This document shows positions 41,022 through 54,189 of a DNA stretch of 64,000 nt, piece by piece (within the stretch, counting starts at the first letter, position 1; the number at the start of each line of letters is the position of its first letter). The translations under genes were made by a program, and so were the position numbers. Below the pieces are notes generated by a model. The model searched no databases. It was not told the origin of the DNA and saw nothing but the letters and a program-made list of their open reading frames with translations. This stretch comes from Nemertoderma westbladi (Eukaryota; Animalia; Xenacoelomorpha), in the NCBI GenBank assembly GCA_032718475.1, contig JAUCBJ010005626.1, positions 27,387 through 91,386 of the forward strand. Direction: 5' to 3'.

Positions 41022-41116
41022 CTGTATTATAATAATAAAAGATCAATGATCAGTTCATTATATCGTAATAGAGCCACAATGATTAAGAAGAATATTGAAA
41101 TAAATTTTACATTTAA

Positions 41117-43346
41117 ACTTACAAATATTGCATTTGCACTAACAAATATTGCATTTACACATACAAATATTGCATTTGCACTAACAAATATTGCATTTGC
41201 ACTTACAAATATTGCATTTCACTTACAAATATTGCATTTGCACTTACAAATATTGCATTTACACTTACTAATATTGGACTTGTACTTACAAATATTGCAT
41301 CTACACTTACTACTAATATTGGACTTGTACTTACAAATATTGCATTTGCACTTACAAATATTGCATTTGCACTTACAAATATTGCATTTACACTTACTAA
41401 TATTGGACTTGTACTTAAAAATATTGCATTTGCACTTACAAATATTGCATTTGCACTTACAAATATTGCATTTACACTTACTACTAATATTGGACTTGTA
41501 CTTACAAATATTGCATTTCACTTACAAATATTGCATTTGCACTTACAAATATTGCATTTACACTTACTAATATTGGACTTGTACTTAAAAATATTGCATT
41601 TGCACTTACAAATATTGCATTTGCACTTACAAATATTGCATTTGCACTTACAAATATTGCATCTACACTTACTACTAATATTGGACTTGTACTTACAAAT
41701 ATTGCATTTGCACTTACAAATATTTCATTTACACTTACAAATATTGGACTTGTACTTACAAATATTGCATTTGCACTTACAAATATTTCATTTACACTTA
41801 CTAATATTGGACTTGTACTTAAAAATATTGCATTTTCACTTACAAATATTGTATTTGCACTTACAAATATTGCATTTACACTTACTACTAATATTGGACT
41901 TGTACTTACTAATATTGAATTTGCACTTACAAATATTGCATCTACACTTACTACTAATATTGGACTTGTACTTACAAATATTTCATTTACACTTACTAAT
42001 ATTGGACTTGTACTTACAAATATTGCATTTCACTTACAAATATTGCATTTGCACTTACAAATATTGCATTTACACTTACTAATATTGGACTTGTACTTAC
42101 AAATATTGCATTTACACTTACAAATATTGGACTTGTACTTACAAATATTGCATTTACACTTACTAATATTGGACTTGTACTTACAAATATTGTATTTGCA
42201 CTTACAAATATTGCATTTGCACTTACAAATATTGCATTTACACTTACTAATATTGGACTAGTACTTAAAAATATTGCATTTGCACTTACAAATATTGCAT
42301 TTGCACTTACAAATATTGCATCTACACTTACTACTAATATTGGACTTTTACTTGCAAATATTGCATTTCACTTACAAATATTGCATTTGCACTTACAAAT
42401 ATTTCATTTACACTTACTAATATTGGACTTGTACTTAAAAATATTGCATTTGCACTTACAAATATTGCATTTGCACTTACAAATATTGCATTTATAACTT
42501 ACAAATATTGCATTTACACATACAAATATTGAATTTCACTTACAAAATTTGCATTTGCACTTACAATTATTTCATTTACACTTACTAATATTGGAATTGT
42601 ACTTACAAATATTGAATTTGCACTTACAAATATTGCATTTGCACTTACTAATATTGCATTTCACTTACAAATATTGCATTTTACTTACAAATATATACAA
42701 ATATTGCATTTACACATACAAATATTCCATTTACGCTTACAAATATTGCATTTGCACTTACAAATATTGCATTTACACATACAAATATTCCATTTACGCT
42801 TACATATATGGCATTTCACTTACAAATATTGCATTTGCACTTACTAATATTGGACTTGTACTTACAAATATTGCATTTGCACTTACAAATATTTCATTTA
42901 CACTTACTAATATTGGACTTGTACTTACCAATATTGTATTTATAACTTACAAATATTGCATTTACACTTACAAATATTGCATTTCACTTACAAATATTGC
43001 ATTTGCACTTACAAATATTGCATTTATAACTTACAAATATTGCATTTCACTTACAAATATTGCATTTGCACTACAAATATTGCATTTACACACACCATTT
43101 CACTTACAAATATTGAATTTCACTTACAAATATTGCATTTACACATAAAATATTGAATTTCACTTACAAATATTGCATTTACACATACAAATATTGAATT
43201 TCACTTACAATATTTCATTTACACATACAAATATTGAATTTCACTTACAAATATTTCATTTACACATACAAATATTGAATTTCACTTACAAATATTTCAT
43301 TTACACATACAAATATTGAATTTACACTTACAAATATTAAACTTAC
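41117..43346. repeat. ~21-bp minisatellite (CACTTACAAATATTGCATTTG), about 105 units
   Basis: Seen directly, with 19-24-bp variants. Fills ShKT-B intron 5. Confidence 0.97.
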
Positions 43347-43472
43347 CGTGTTGTTGGCACCTATTGCAGCTGCTCTGACAGTAGGTGTACATGCTGCCCG
43401 GGTTTATGGTGCATTCGTTAGCTGCTGCCCACCCAGGGCAATTACCATCAGCGTCATCTAGTTCAATGCAAC
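43347..43472 (-). CDS. ShKT gene B exon 5 (ShKT 4)
   Basis: CIELDDADGNCPGWAAANECTINPGSMYTYCQSSCNRC; ttacag acceptor and G|GTAAGT donor. Confidence 0.9.
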
Positions 43473-43490
43473 CTGTAAATATTTGGCAGG

Positions 43491-46029
43491 TACAGTACTA
43501 CAGTACTACTAGGATCGGCATGCTGCATTGTACTACAGTACTACTAGGATCGGCATGCTGCATTGGACTACAGTACTACTAGGATCGGCATGCTGCATTG
43601 TACGACAGTACTACTAGGATCGGCAGTCTGCATTGTACTACATTACTACTAGGATCGGCATACTGCATTGTACTACAGTACTACTAGGATCTGCATGCTG
43701 CATTGTACTACAGTACTACTAGGATCGGCATGCTACATTGTACTACAATACTACTAGGATCGGCATGCTACATTGTACTACAGTACTACTGGGATCGGCA
43801 TGCTGCATTGTACTACAGTACTACTAGGATCGGCATGCTGCATTGTACTACAGTACTACTAGGATCGGCATGCTGCATTGTACTAAAGTACTACTAGGAT
43901 CGACATGCTGCATTGTACGACAGTACTACTAGGATTGGCATGCTGCATTGTACGACAGTACTACTAGGATCGGCATGCTGCATTGTACGACAGTACTACT
44001 AGGATCGGCATGCTGCATTGTACGACAGTACTACTAGGATCATCATGCTGCATTGTACTACAGTACTACTAGGATCGGCATGCTGCATTGTACGACAGTA
44101 CTACTAGGATCGGCATGCTGCATTGTACTACAGTACTATTAGGATCGGCATGCTGCATTGTACGACAGTACTACTAGGATCGGCATGTTGCATTGAACTA
44201 CAGTACTACTAGGATCGGCATGCTGCATTGTACTACAGTACTACTAGGATCGGCAGTCTGCATTGTACTACAGTACTACTAGGATCGGCATGCTGCATTG
44301 TACTACAGTACTACTAGGATCGGCATGCTGCATTGTACGACAGTACTACTAGGATCGGCATGCTGCATTGTACGACAGTACTACTGGGATCGGCATGTTG
44401 CATTGAACTACAGTACTACTAGGATCGGCATGCTGCATTGTACTACAGTACTACTAGGATCGGCAGTCTGCATTGTACTACAGTACTACTAGGATCGGCA
44501 TGCTGCATTGTACTACAGTACTACTAGGATCGGCATGCTGCATTGTACGACGGTACTACTGGGATCGGCATGCTGCATTGTACTACAGTACTACTAGGAT
44601 CGGCAGTCTGCATTGTACTACAGTACTACTAGGATCGGCATGCTGCATTGTACTACAGTACTACTAGAGTCGGCATTCTGCATTGTACTACAGTACTACT
44701 AGGATCGGCATGCTGCATTGTACGACAGTACTACTAGGATCGGCAGTCTGCATTGTACTACAGTACTACTAGGATCGGCATGCTGCATTGTACTACAGTA
44801 CTACTAGGATCGGCATGCTGCATTGTACTACAGTACTACTAGGATCGGCATGCTGCATTGTACGACAGTACTACTAGGATCGGTATGCTGCATTGTACGA
44901 CAGTACTACTAGGATCAGCATGCTGCATTGTACTACAGTACTACTAGGATCGGCATGCTGCATTGTACGACAGTACTACTAGGATCGGCATGCTGCATTG
45001 TACTACAGTACTATTAGGATCGGCATGCTGCATTGTACGACAGTACTACTAGGATCGGCATGTTGCATTGAACTACAGTACTACTAGGATCGGCATGCTG
45101 CATTGTACTACAGTACTACTAGGATCGGCAGTCTGCATTGTACTACAGTACTACTAGGATCGGCATGCTGCATTGTACTACAGTACTACTAGGATCGGCA
45201 TGCTGCATTGTACGACAGTACTACTGGGATCGGCATGCTGCATTGTACTACAGTACTACTAGGATCGGCAGTCTGCATTGTACTACAGTACTACTAGGAT
45301 CGGCATGCTGCATTGTACTACAGTACTACTAGAGTCGGCATTCTGCATTGTACTACAGTAATACTAGTATCGGCATGCTGCATTGTACGACAGTTCTACT
45401 AGGATCCGCAGTCTGCATTGTACTACAGTACTACTAGGATCGGCATGCTGCATTGTACTACAGTACTACTAGGATCGGCATGCTGCATTGAACTACAATA
45501 CTACTAGGATCGGCATGCTGCATTGTACTACAGTACTACTAGGATCGGCGGTCTGCATTGTACTACAGTTCTACTAGGATCGGCATGCTGCATTGTACTA
45601 CAGTACTACTAGGATCGGCATGCTGCATTGTACGACAGTACTACTGGGATCGGCATGCTGCATTGTACTACAGTACTACTAGGATCGGCAGTCTGCATTG
45701 TACTACAGTACTACTAGGATCGGCATGCTGCATTGTACTACAGTACTACTAGAGTCGGCATTCTGCATTGTACTACAGTACTACTAGGATCGGCATGCTG
45801 CATTGTACGACAGTACTACTAGGATCGGCAGTCTGCATTGTACTACAGTACTACTAGGATCGGCATGCTGCATTGTACTACAGTACTACTAGGATCGGCA
45901 TGCTGCATTGTACTACAGTACTACTAGGATCGGCATGCTGCATTGTACGACAGTACTGCTAGGATCGGCAGTCTGCATTGTACTACAGTACTACTAGGAT
46001 CGGCATGCTGCATTGTACTACATTACTAA
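43491..46029. repeat. 35-bp minisatellite (CTACAGTACTACTAGGATCGGCATGCTGCATTGTA), about 72 units
   Basis: Seen directly. Homogeneous, with recurring variant blocks. Confidence 0.98.
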
Positions 46030-47050
46030 CAGTAGTCAGTCACTATTCCAATACTTCCATGATAGGGTAAATCTTTTCGACCTACGCGTAGCTACGCGTA
46101 GTTTGTAACATCCATTCCTGTCATTTACCTGTAGGGCCAGACTTACTGCCTTTTTAACAACTACTGTACGCGTAGGTGTTTTAAAAATACGCGTAGATTT
46201 TTTGAAACTACGTGTATGTATTTTGAAACTACGCGTACCACATCGCGTAGGTGCTACGAGTAGCTACGCATAGCCGTCCTGATAACAAAGATTTTTCATC
46301 ACAGGTCCGGTGTAGGCCGCTAACAGAGAATTTTCACTCCACATGCAAAGTCACTCCCCGGTTAAAATTCCCTAGAGTATTTATTCTCACTCCCGGGGTG
46401 TATTTTCCCTAGTTAACCCCCTCCAGTGAAAACTCACCCGGCTGCATTTATCAATTTTCCCCCTGTGCAAATCCATCCCCGGTTAAATTTCCCTAGTGTA
46501 CTCCCGGTGTATTTTTGGGGAAATTTCGACCCAAGAAAAATGTTATCTTCTTCATGAGAAAATCATCGATGCAATGGTCGGCTGTATACATCAAATCACA
46601 AACTTAATTATATTGTGTACCGGTATGTGTATAGCCAACCATTGAGAAGTGGGTGGGTCGAAGGATTCGGAAAGATCTGCAAAGTCTGTTCGATTTTAGT
46701 ATATATAAACTTGTGTGAATTAAATTATAAAATGTTGAAAAAAATTAAACGCGATGCGGGGACTTGCGTACATCAAATATTACATCTTTCCTGTTTCCAT
46801 TAGGGTTAGGGTTAAAATAGGTTCTGTCTGGTGTGAAACAACCACCCCATCACAGATTACATGGGTCATGGGTCGCTCGACACTTTTGGATACCCTAGCT
46901 AACAGGAAATAAATATAACTTGTTTGATCTTGGTACTTCAGTGCCCGCGGGCGCTAATGTCTAAGTACCTTTAGTTGTCGGCGTGATTTAAGTGGGAGTG
47001 TCACAGGCACTAATCTCACCCAATCCATGATTGATAAACTAATATCTTAC

Positions 47051-47182
47051 CATCTATTCCATTCCCACACCTATCGCAGCTCTTCTGGCAATAGGAATAC
47101 ATGTAGAGGGGATCATCCAGGCAGTTGCCTGCTGCTGCCCAGCCACCACAATGTGCTTCTCTATCGTCATTATCCGTGCAAC
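47051..47182 (-). CDS. ShKT gene B exon 4 (ShKT 3)
   Basis: CTDNDDREAHCGGWAAAGNCLDDPLYMYSYCQKSCDRC; caacag acceptor and G|GTAAGA donor. Confidence 0.9.
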
Positions 47183-47207
47183 CTGTTGAAGAGACGTCAT
47201 ATATTGT

Positions 47208-47889
47208 GATTCCGACTCAATGGGTACATCGAGTCAAAGAGTACAACAGGTCAAAGAGTACAAAAATTGAAAAAAAGGTTACACCCGGACATAGTGAACA
47301 ACAACAGCCATGTCAAAGTGCACGTCAAAGGTACAACAGGTCAAAATGAACAATTTTAGCGGAATTTCTGACATTATTGCCATATAGGCCCGAAGGGCTG
47401 TTAATAACCAACTAACCCTAACCAAAATAATAAACGAACTAAACTACACTACACTAACTAAACTCGTTTTCTTTATACCCTTTGGTGACAGTTTTAATTA
47501 GGGTTGAGGCCGGTTTCATACAGTATACAAATCCATGTTGTTAACTTCGACCTGTTGTGCCCTTTTTTCCATTTTTGTACTCTTTGACCTGTTGTACCCT
47601 TTTTTCAATTTTTGTACTCTTTGACCTGTTGTACCCTTTTTTCCATTTTTGTACTCTTTGACCTGTTGTACCCTTTTTTCCATTTTTGTACTCTTTGACC
47701 TGTTGTACCCTTTTTTCCATTTTTGTACTCTTTGACCTGTTGTACCCTTTTTTCCATTTTTGTACTCTTTGACCTGTTGTACCCTTTTTTCCATTTTTGT
47801 ACTCTTTGACCTGTTGTACCCTTTTTTCCATTTTTGTACTCTTTGACCTGTTGTACTCTTTGAATCGATGTAAACATTGACTCGGAATC
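47208..47889. mobile_element. TIR element with an internal 37-bp tandem array (47550-47860, about 8 units)
   Basis: Termini GATTCCGACTCAATG and CATTGACTCGGAATC. The subterminal GTACAACAGGTCAAAGAGTAC motif is amplified on the right side. Confidence 0.75.
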
Positions 47890-49271
47890 GAAGCGAAGTC
47901 CTTAGTTCCAATGGATATTAGTTCTAACCCCAAACGTCATATGTTCTAATAAGGAACGTCTCTTTACGTTCGTTCAATTAACGTTGAGACTTTAGTTCTA
48001 AATTTAAATAACAGATTGTTTTAACAATATACAGTACCAGTCGAGCTCCTTGACAACTGTTTTAGAGAAATAAAACTTTCTCCTCAAGTCATCAACATTG
48101 GTGGAGGCCATGTTGAGAAGTGCGCAGGATTGGGACTGGTTTTTTTTAACCATCAGATACCGGTACATTTAATGTTAATAGATGTTATAATGTTATATAG
48201 AATAGAATATTATATGTTTATGCTTTGATTAGAAAAATAAATAAATTGGTTTAACACAAATTACTTTCCACATTTAAGTAAATAGTTAGTACACACTTTT
48301 CCATTTTATAGTATTACATTACCAATATAAAATGTTTAGCTTTAAAATGGGACATAAATTGTTAATTTATGTTATCCGTTCAAAAGTTATTAACATTTCA
48401 AACATGGATAAATTTTGTGGCTATGTATGATACGTAGAAAATCTTTCCCCATTAACTAACATAGGCAAATTTGATGTTGCGTGAGAGAATATTACATATT
48501 TATACACTAGTTAATTTTTAGTCAATAAACAATCATACATCTTTATATTAAACACTCGAATAAATTTTAAAAAACTAAAAGCTTGGTGAGAATGGGACAC
48601 GGCGAATCGACCTGTGCTATTTTTATATAGCGTGAGCTTAATTTTACCCCCTTAAATGATTAATAACCCAAATAAGAACCCCAATATTCGATACATTTCT
48701 TTGTATAGTTGACCAAGTAGAGCACGTAAACTTCCAAGCCAATATCAATGTGCACAAACATACATACAGACAAACGTCGTTATTAAGGTACACACCCCCT
48801 CCCCCTCACATTTATGTACAAATCTTAATGAGAATACATGGAATTTGAAACAGTTTCACCTGGGTGAGCCAGAATTTTTATTTTTGCTTTCAATCTTAAG
48901 CTACAAGTGTTTGAAAAAGGTGTCTCCAGTGATATTTCACTAGTTACAGCTCAGTTATTCTTCAAACTTATAGTGGGTTGGTACCAATGGAAAGCTGGCC
49001 GTTCTAGAATTCCAAAAATGTCAAAATATTTGAATTTGGTTGATAAATAACTGAGATTGGGCATTCGAAAGTTGCATGTATTTGCTTCCTATGCAGGCCA
49101 TTTATTATATTTAATATATACACCTTTTCTGAAACATTTTGTTTATCCCATCCCATACGTGGCTGGGCAGGTACCTGAATAACGACAATATATTCCAGGA
49201 CATGGTGTATCCACCATAGCAACCGTAAGTTAGCTTACCACCTATAGCAAATCAATCGGAAAGATGCAGGA

Positions 49272-49343
49272 GCCTCCGTGGTTTAGAGGTTAGCATACCT
49301 GGACGTTTATCGGGAGACACAGGTTCGATCCCCGCTGGTGGCG
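49272..49343 (+). mobile_element. tRNA-derived SINE head / pseudo-tRNA enclosed by inverted repeats
   Basis: A box TGGTTTAGAGG, B box GGTTCGATCCC, imperfect cloverleaf stems. Flanked by CTATAGCAAAT (49242) and ATTTGCTATAG (49362-49372). Confidence 0.75.
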
Positions 49344-49520
49344 AATTCATTTTTCCTCTCCATTTGCTATAGAGTTGGTTCAACTCAGTCCTGTTTAAAT
49401 TACTTAATAATTTATACAATCTATGGATGTTAAAACATATAAACAATAATATACCAGATCTATCTTTGCTTTTGTAACTACATAGATTTGCATTATTTAT
49501 TTAATTGTCCGGTTACTCAC

Positions 49521-49649
49521 CGAGATTTTCCCCGCATACATTACAGCTGGTAGCGCAGTGGGAGTACATGTAGTTTGGATCAGATATACAGTCCCCTCTC
49601 ATAGTTAAACCTCCACACAAATCGTCCAAATCAGGTATTTGATTGCACC
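49521..49649 (-). CDS. ShKT gene B exon 3 (ShKT 2)
   Basis: CNQIPDLDDLCGGLTMRGDCISDPNYMYSHCATSCNVC; ctgtag acceptor and G|GTGAGT donor. Confidence 0.9.
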
Positions 49650-49937
49650 CTACAGGAATCAACATAGACAATGCAGTATGTTTAGCTAACATTACTGTAT
49701 ACCGGCAAAAAGTACTGGTTAAAAAGTTCCTAGTAAAAATCCGACCCAATGAATTTAATAACTTTATTTTGGACAAAAGATAAGAAGATTTACAATAAAC
49801 AATTAAGTAAAAAATAGCGCAATATGTGTATTGGAATATCGTCGAATTAAATATTAACATTAAGCGATGTGACAATATAGTAATTTTATTTTATTTATAT
49901 TTAGCAAATTTTTTTGTCTGACAATGGTTGTACTAAC

Positions 49938-50066
49938 CTCCATCTCCACACATGTTGCAACTGGTCTGACAATGGTTATACATGTAAGCAGGGTTTTCAA
50001 AACACTGACCGGCCGCCATCCAGCCACTGCAAGATACCGGATCGTCATCGGGACTTTCCACACAAA
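49938..50066 (-). CDS. ShKT gene B exon 2 (ShKT 1)
   Basis: CVESPDDDPVSCSGWMAAGQCFENPAYMYNHCQTSCNMC; tttcag acceptor and G|GTTAGT donor. Confidence 0.9.
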
Positions 50067-50242
50067 CTGAAACAAAACAGTCGAAATCTATTAGCAGTTT
50101 TCTTGACGCTTTGGTGTAAAATCTCACAAAAACTATGGAACTAATTACTAGAACACAATGTGGCCAGAGGATCAAGTTTTATAATTATATTCATTTATTT
50201 TTTGCCTTATGTGCACATTAGTATATATGAATATTGTATACA

Positions 50243-50276
<34 letters not shown>

Positions 50277-50874
50277 AATTGAGACTTTCAAATATATAGA
50301 GTCAAATAATAATAAAGCACGCAAAGATTGCACAAAATTCATAAAAAACATCCTTAAATGAGAAAAAGAATACTAATAATGTTAATTAATATTTTGGATA
50401 ATGTATATAAGTATTAAGTGTGTCTACATTTAAAAGGTAAAAAATGCATACAGTCTATGAAGCGTTAATCTAATAAGCGTTAATAGTTATCATACTTTAC
50501 AATATATAAATATTAGGTGTCCAGTTTGTCATTAAGAACATAATATTGTCGATATTTGAAATGAGAAAATAATACTAATGTAATGTTAATAATAAGTATA
50601 ATATAAATAAATATTAGGTGTCTAGTTTGAATTTGCATATATTTGTAATAGATATATGTAGTAAATCATTCGACCTTTAAATTAGAAAATAATAACCAAT
50701 TCTATACTAATAATAATGTTGTTAATTCCCATAATGTGTACATAAATTAGGTGTACAGTATAGTTTGTCATTAAATAAATATATATAATAAATCATGTGG
50801 AACTTTAAATGAGGATATATATACGAAACCTATTCTAAGAACTTTCATAGTTAGCATAATGTACATAATGATAA

Positions 50875-53165
50875 ATAATACTACTACTAGGGTCGGCATG
50901 CTGCATTGCAGCTGCATTTTTAAGAATGCTGTGCCGGCTTGCCAACAATATTGCACCGCCACAACTCCCTATCACCCATGACATTTGCTAGATCATCCGC
51001 ATCTTTAAGGCCAGTGTCCTTTAAGATGCGTCTCAAGAAAGTCATGGGATGTCCTCCATGCTTATTCACTACATGAGGCTGCCAAAGTACAAGATTATGC
51101 ACTGGCTGGTCCTCACGGCGAAAGCAATGTCCTGCAAAGCGGAGGCGATTTTGTTCTAGTGTCAAGCTTGGGGGAACCAATGAGACACCTCCAATGTTAT
51201 ATAGTGTCTGGTTGGAGATGTGTTCATTGTACTTGACACAATAAACCCGGCGTAGCATTCTTGTGAATGTGCCATCCAGAGATTTGGTGTCCTCAGCAGT
51301 TAGAGCCCAGCATGGACTCCCGCAGAGGAGTACTGGAACTACTGCTGCTCTAAATAATCGGACCTTAAGTTTCCGATTAATTCTCGGTGACTTCCAAATC
51401 CTGGAAAGCCTATTCAAGGCTGCCCATGCCTTTCCCTTACGTATTCGAAGGTCCTCACCTGACTTCCGGATCCATGATCCCAGGTAACAGAAGTCGTCCA
51501 CATGCTCAAGCATACCATCCTTTGAGCTTATGCTCATCCGATCAGAGACTTGCTGAGGACTTTCAAAGTTAACTGTCAAAATTTTGGTCTTTCTGGAGTT
51601 AATAAAAAGACCAACACTAGAAGCAGCATGTTCTAATGAGCTGAGGAGCCGTTGGGCCCCCTCTAATGATTCTGAGAGTACTCCTAAGTCATCAGCAAAG
51701 TCTAGATCAGTTAGGTACTTGGCAGGATTTCCTCGACTTCTGGAGCCAGTAGGTGGAGTTATCATCACCCCATCATCATTATGATGATCTAAGGACATGC
51801 GTAGAACATAGTCAACCACAATAATGAACAAGAATGGTGCAAGTGTGTCTCCTTGGAGGACGCCCCATAACACTTCAAATGGTTCTGTATCACCGTCAAC
51901 AGTAGACACAAATGTTGTCGAACCATCGTATACTGATCTGATTGCTGCAATAATTTCACCAGGAATCCCATATAATGAAAGTATGCTGAACATACGTGAG
52001 CGAGAGACTGAATCAAAGGCCTTGAAGAAGTCAACAAAGATAACAGCCAGATGCCTGTCTTTCTTTTTTGATAATTCTTCAATTATCCTCCTAAGTGCCA
52101 AAATGGGCTCCATGGTCCCACGACCTTTACGGAACCCATTCTGATTTCCACGGAGCAGTCTCTCAATGGGATCCCTGATGCGATTTAATAGAATCCTATT
52201 GTATAGCTTTGCAGCAATCGAAATCAATGAGATTCCCCGAAAAGAACCATAGAGTGTTAGGTTGCCCTTCTTGGGAACTGGTTTGTTTTCATTTCTTGTG
52301 GGACTCTTGTTGTTCGGTACATGTCTACTATGATGGGATAGATGAGCTTTAAACACTCAGGTATTTTAAAGACCTCAGGGGGAACACCATCTACTCCACT
52401 GGCACGATTGGTCTTAATGCTCTTTGCAGCAGCCTTCACTTCTGCAAAGGAGATATTGCCAATGGGAATATCTGGGAGTACAGACTCAGACACTTTTACT
52501 TCTATAAAGTTATCAGGCAATACCCTGTCATTATTGAGGAGCTTTTCAAAGTGGGCTTTCCAACCATTGAGGCGATCGGCTGGTGATTCAGCCTTAACCT
52601 TGGTGGTTGGTTGGCTTTTCCGCCCAGTAAGCAACTTGATCGATTTCCATGCTTGGGATGATTGCCTGCTGTCGTCAGCATCATTGATGGCATCAACCTG
52701 TTGGTTTATTAGCTCCTGTAGATTAACAGAGTACTGCCTGTTCAGGGACCTAGATGCAGCCTTAAATGCATTCTTGGCCGCTGTAGTCTGTTTGAGTCGG
52801 GACTCTTTCTGCGCCTTATGAAGGTCATTTCGGCACTTCTGAATTTTGTTGTCAGTCCAGGGGGCCCTTTTCCTGTTTCGAGGGTATACAGGAACTGTTT
52901 CTGCAGCTGCTAACTTAACTGCTTCTGTAAAGGCAGTATAGCCCTCACAGTTATCTGCCGCCTCAGAGGCAAGAACTTCATACCTGTTGCTCAGCTGTAG
53001 TGTGAAGCTGGATCTCACACTTGGCTGTTGCAACAGAGAGGACCAGTGATGCCGCGGCAAGGCAGATTTCGTTGTTCTGCTAGCACGCAGACTAAGTCTT
53101 ACCTTGGCCACAATAAGGCGGTGATCACTGGAGAAGGGTCGAAGTGTAAATGCATTACAGTCTTG
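50875..53165 (-). mobile_element. RTE-clade LINE, 5'-truncated, one frameshift near 52300
   Basis: Endonuclease end SDHRLIVAKVRLSLR. RT motifs PKKGNL..FRGISL, QNGFRKGR, FVDFFKAFDSV, GVLQGDTLAPFLF, DLDFADDL and FCYLGS. C-terminal RLRFAGHCFR and a (TAG)n tail. Confidence 0.95.
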
Positions 53166-53299
53166 TGAGGTGTGTATATAATAAGGTGTATAGTTTGTCA
53201 TTAAATAAGTAATAATAAATTAATATTGTCCATATTTTGATGTCAAAATCTTTTTTCGCAATGAACTAAATAGTATAGGGGCTATGTCGGTGGCATTAA

Positions 53300-53760
53300 A
53301 TAATCAAGGCGCTGGTGGGTTAGCCTGGCAAGGTTTTTTGCGATGTTGAATGAGTTTGTTGACGAGGGTTGTTGCTCCCGATGTTGCAAAGATTGTGTTG
53401 CTCACCACCTCAAATAAAAAGATCGCTTTCGGAGCTGTAATCTGGACAATTGAGGAGAAAGTGATAAACGTTGATCTCTGGGGGGCGGGGCAAGTACACT
53501 TCCTTTCTCGATAACTCATGCGGAATCGTGAAAAGGCTATGCCGCGAAATGTCTGCCGATGAGTACATTTTTGCGTACGCGGAGGGTCTTGATAGTGTTG
53601 AGTTAATGGAAAGATAAGTACATTATTTTGTCTTGCCCTTGATTGGAGGGCGTCCCTTTCCATCGATTTTGGGTCTGATAAAATGCTGCAGGATTTTAAA
53701 TAAGTTATTAACCTAGAGTTGTCGTGTGGCTTTTCTATAAGGGAGAGCGGCGGGTCTGTC
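53300..53760 (-). mobile_element. Decayed LINE 3' end
   Basis: IAFSRFRMSYRERKCTC-like remnant. Confidence 0.5.
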
Positions 53761-54189
53761 ATATCGTATTCTTCTTGTTGATGATTCGCTTCACTATCGT
53801 CGAGGTACGTGCTTTGATAATAACAGCTAAGCTATAGGAGGCCTACCAATCTCGATGTATACGAACTCATTGGCTGTCGTTGTTTTTAGGCCTAGCATAG
53901 TTTTTTATAGTTTTCTATAAAATAATGGTCAATATGGATCAATAATGGTGTTCGAGTTTGTTGAAGGTAACATTACCCCAGGCCTCACAATTATTTGTAT
54001 AAAATACAATAACTATATATATATATTTATATTCATTTATATATATATTCAGATATATTTATATATATCTATATTCTTCTATAACTTTTTCTTTGACTTT
54101 TTAAGGAGCAGACATATTCTCTCTTAAAAACGCATAATATTTTATGTGTTTTTATACGATCCACTTCCTTGTCATTTACGTACAATTTA

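Noticed and set aside
43491-46029. CRISPR-like array with ~35-bp repeats
   Set aside because: The repeats are contiguous with no unique spacers, there are no cas genes, and the context is a eukaryotic intron.
46800-46814. Telomeric TTAGGG repeat
   Set aside because: Only about two units, inside a dispersed repeat.
41046-47933. LHLQI, CKCNI, YYSTTRIG and KKGYNRS repeat ORFs
   Set aside because: Products of the 21-, 35- and 37-bp satellites.
49272-49343. Functional tRNA gene (GTT anticodon)
   Set aside because: Mismatches in the acceptor and T stems and a non-canonical anticodon loop (ACGTTTA, no U33). Treated as a tRNA-derived repeat.
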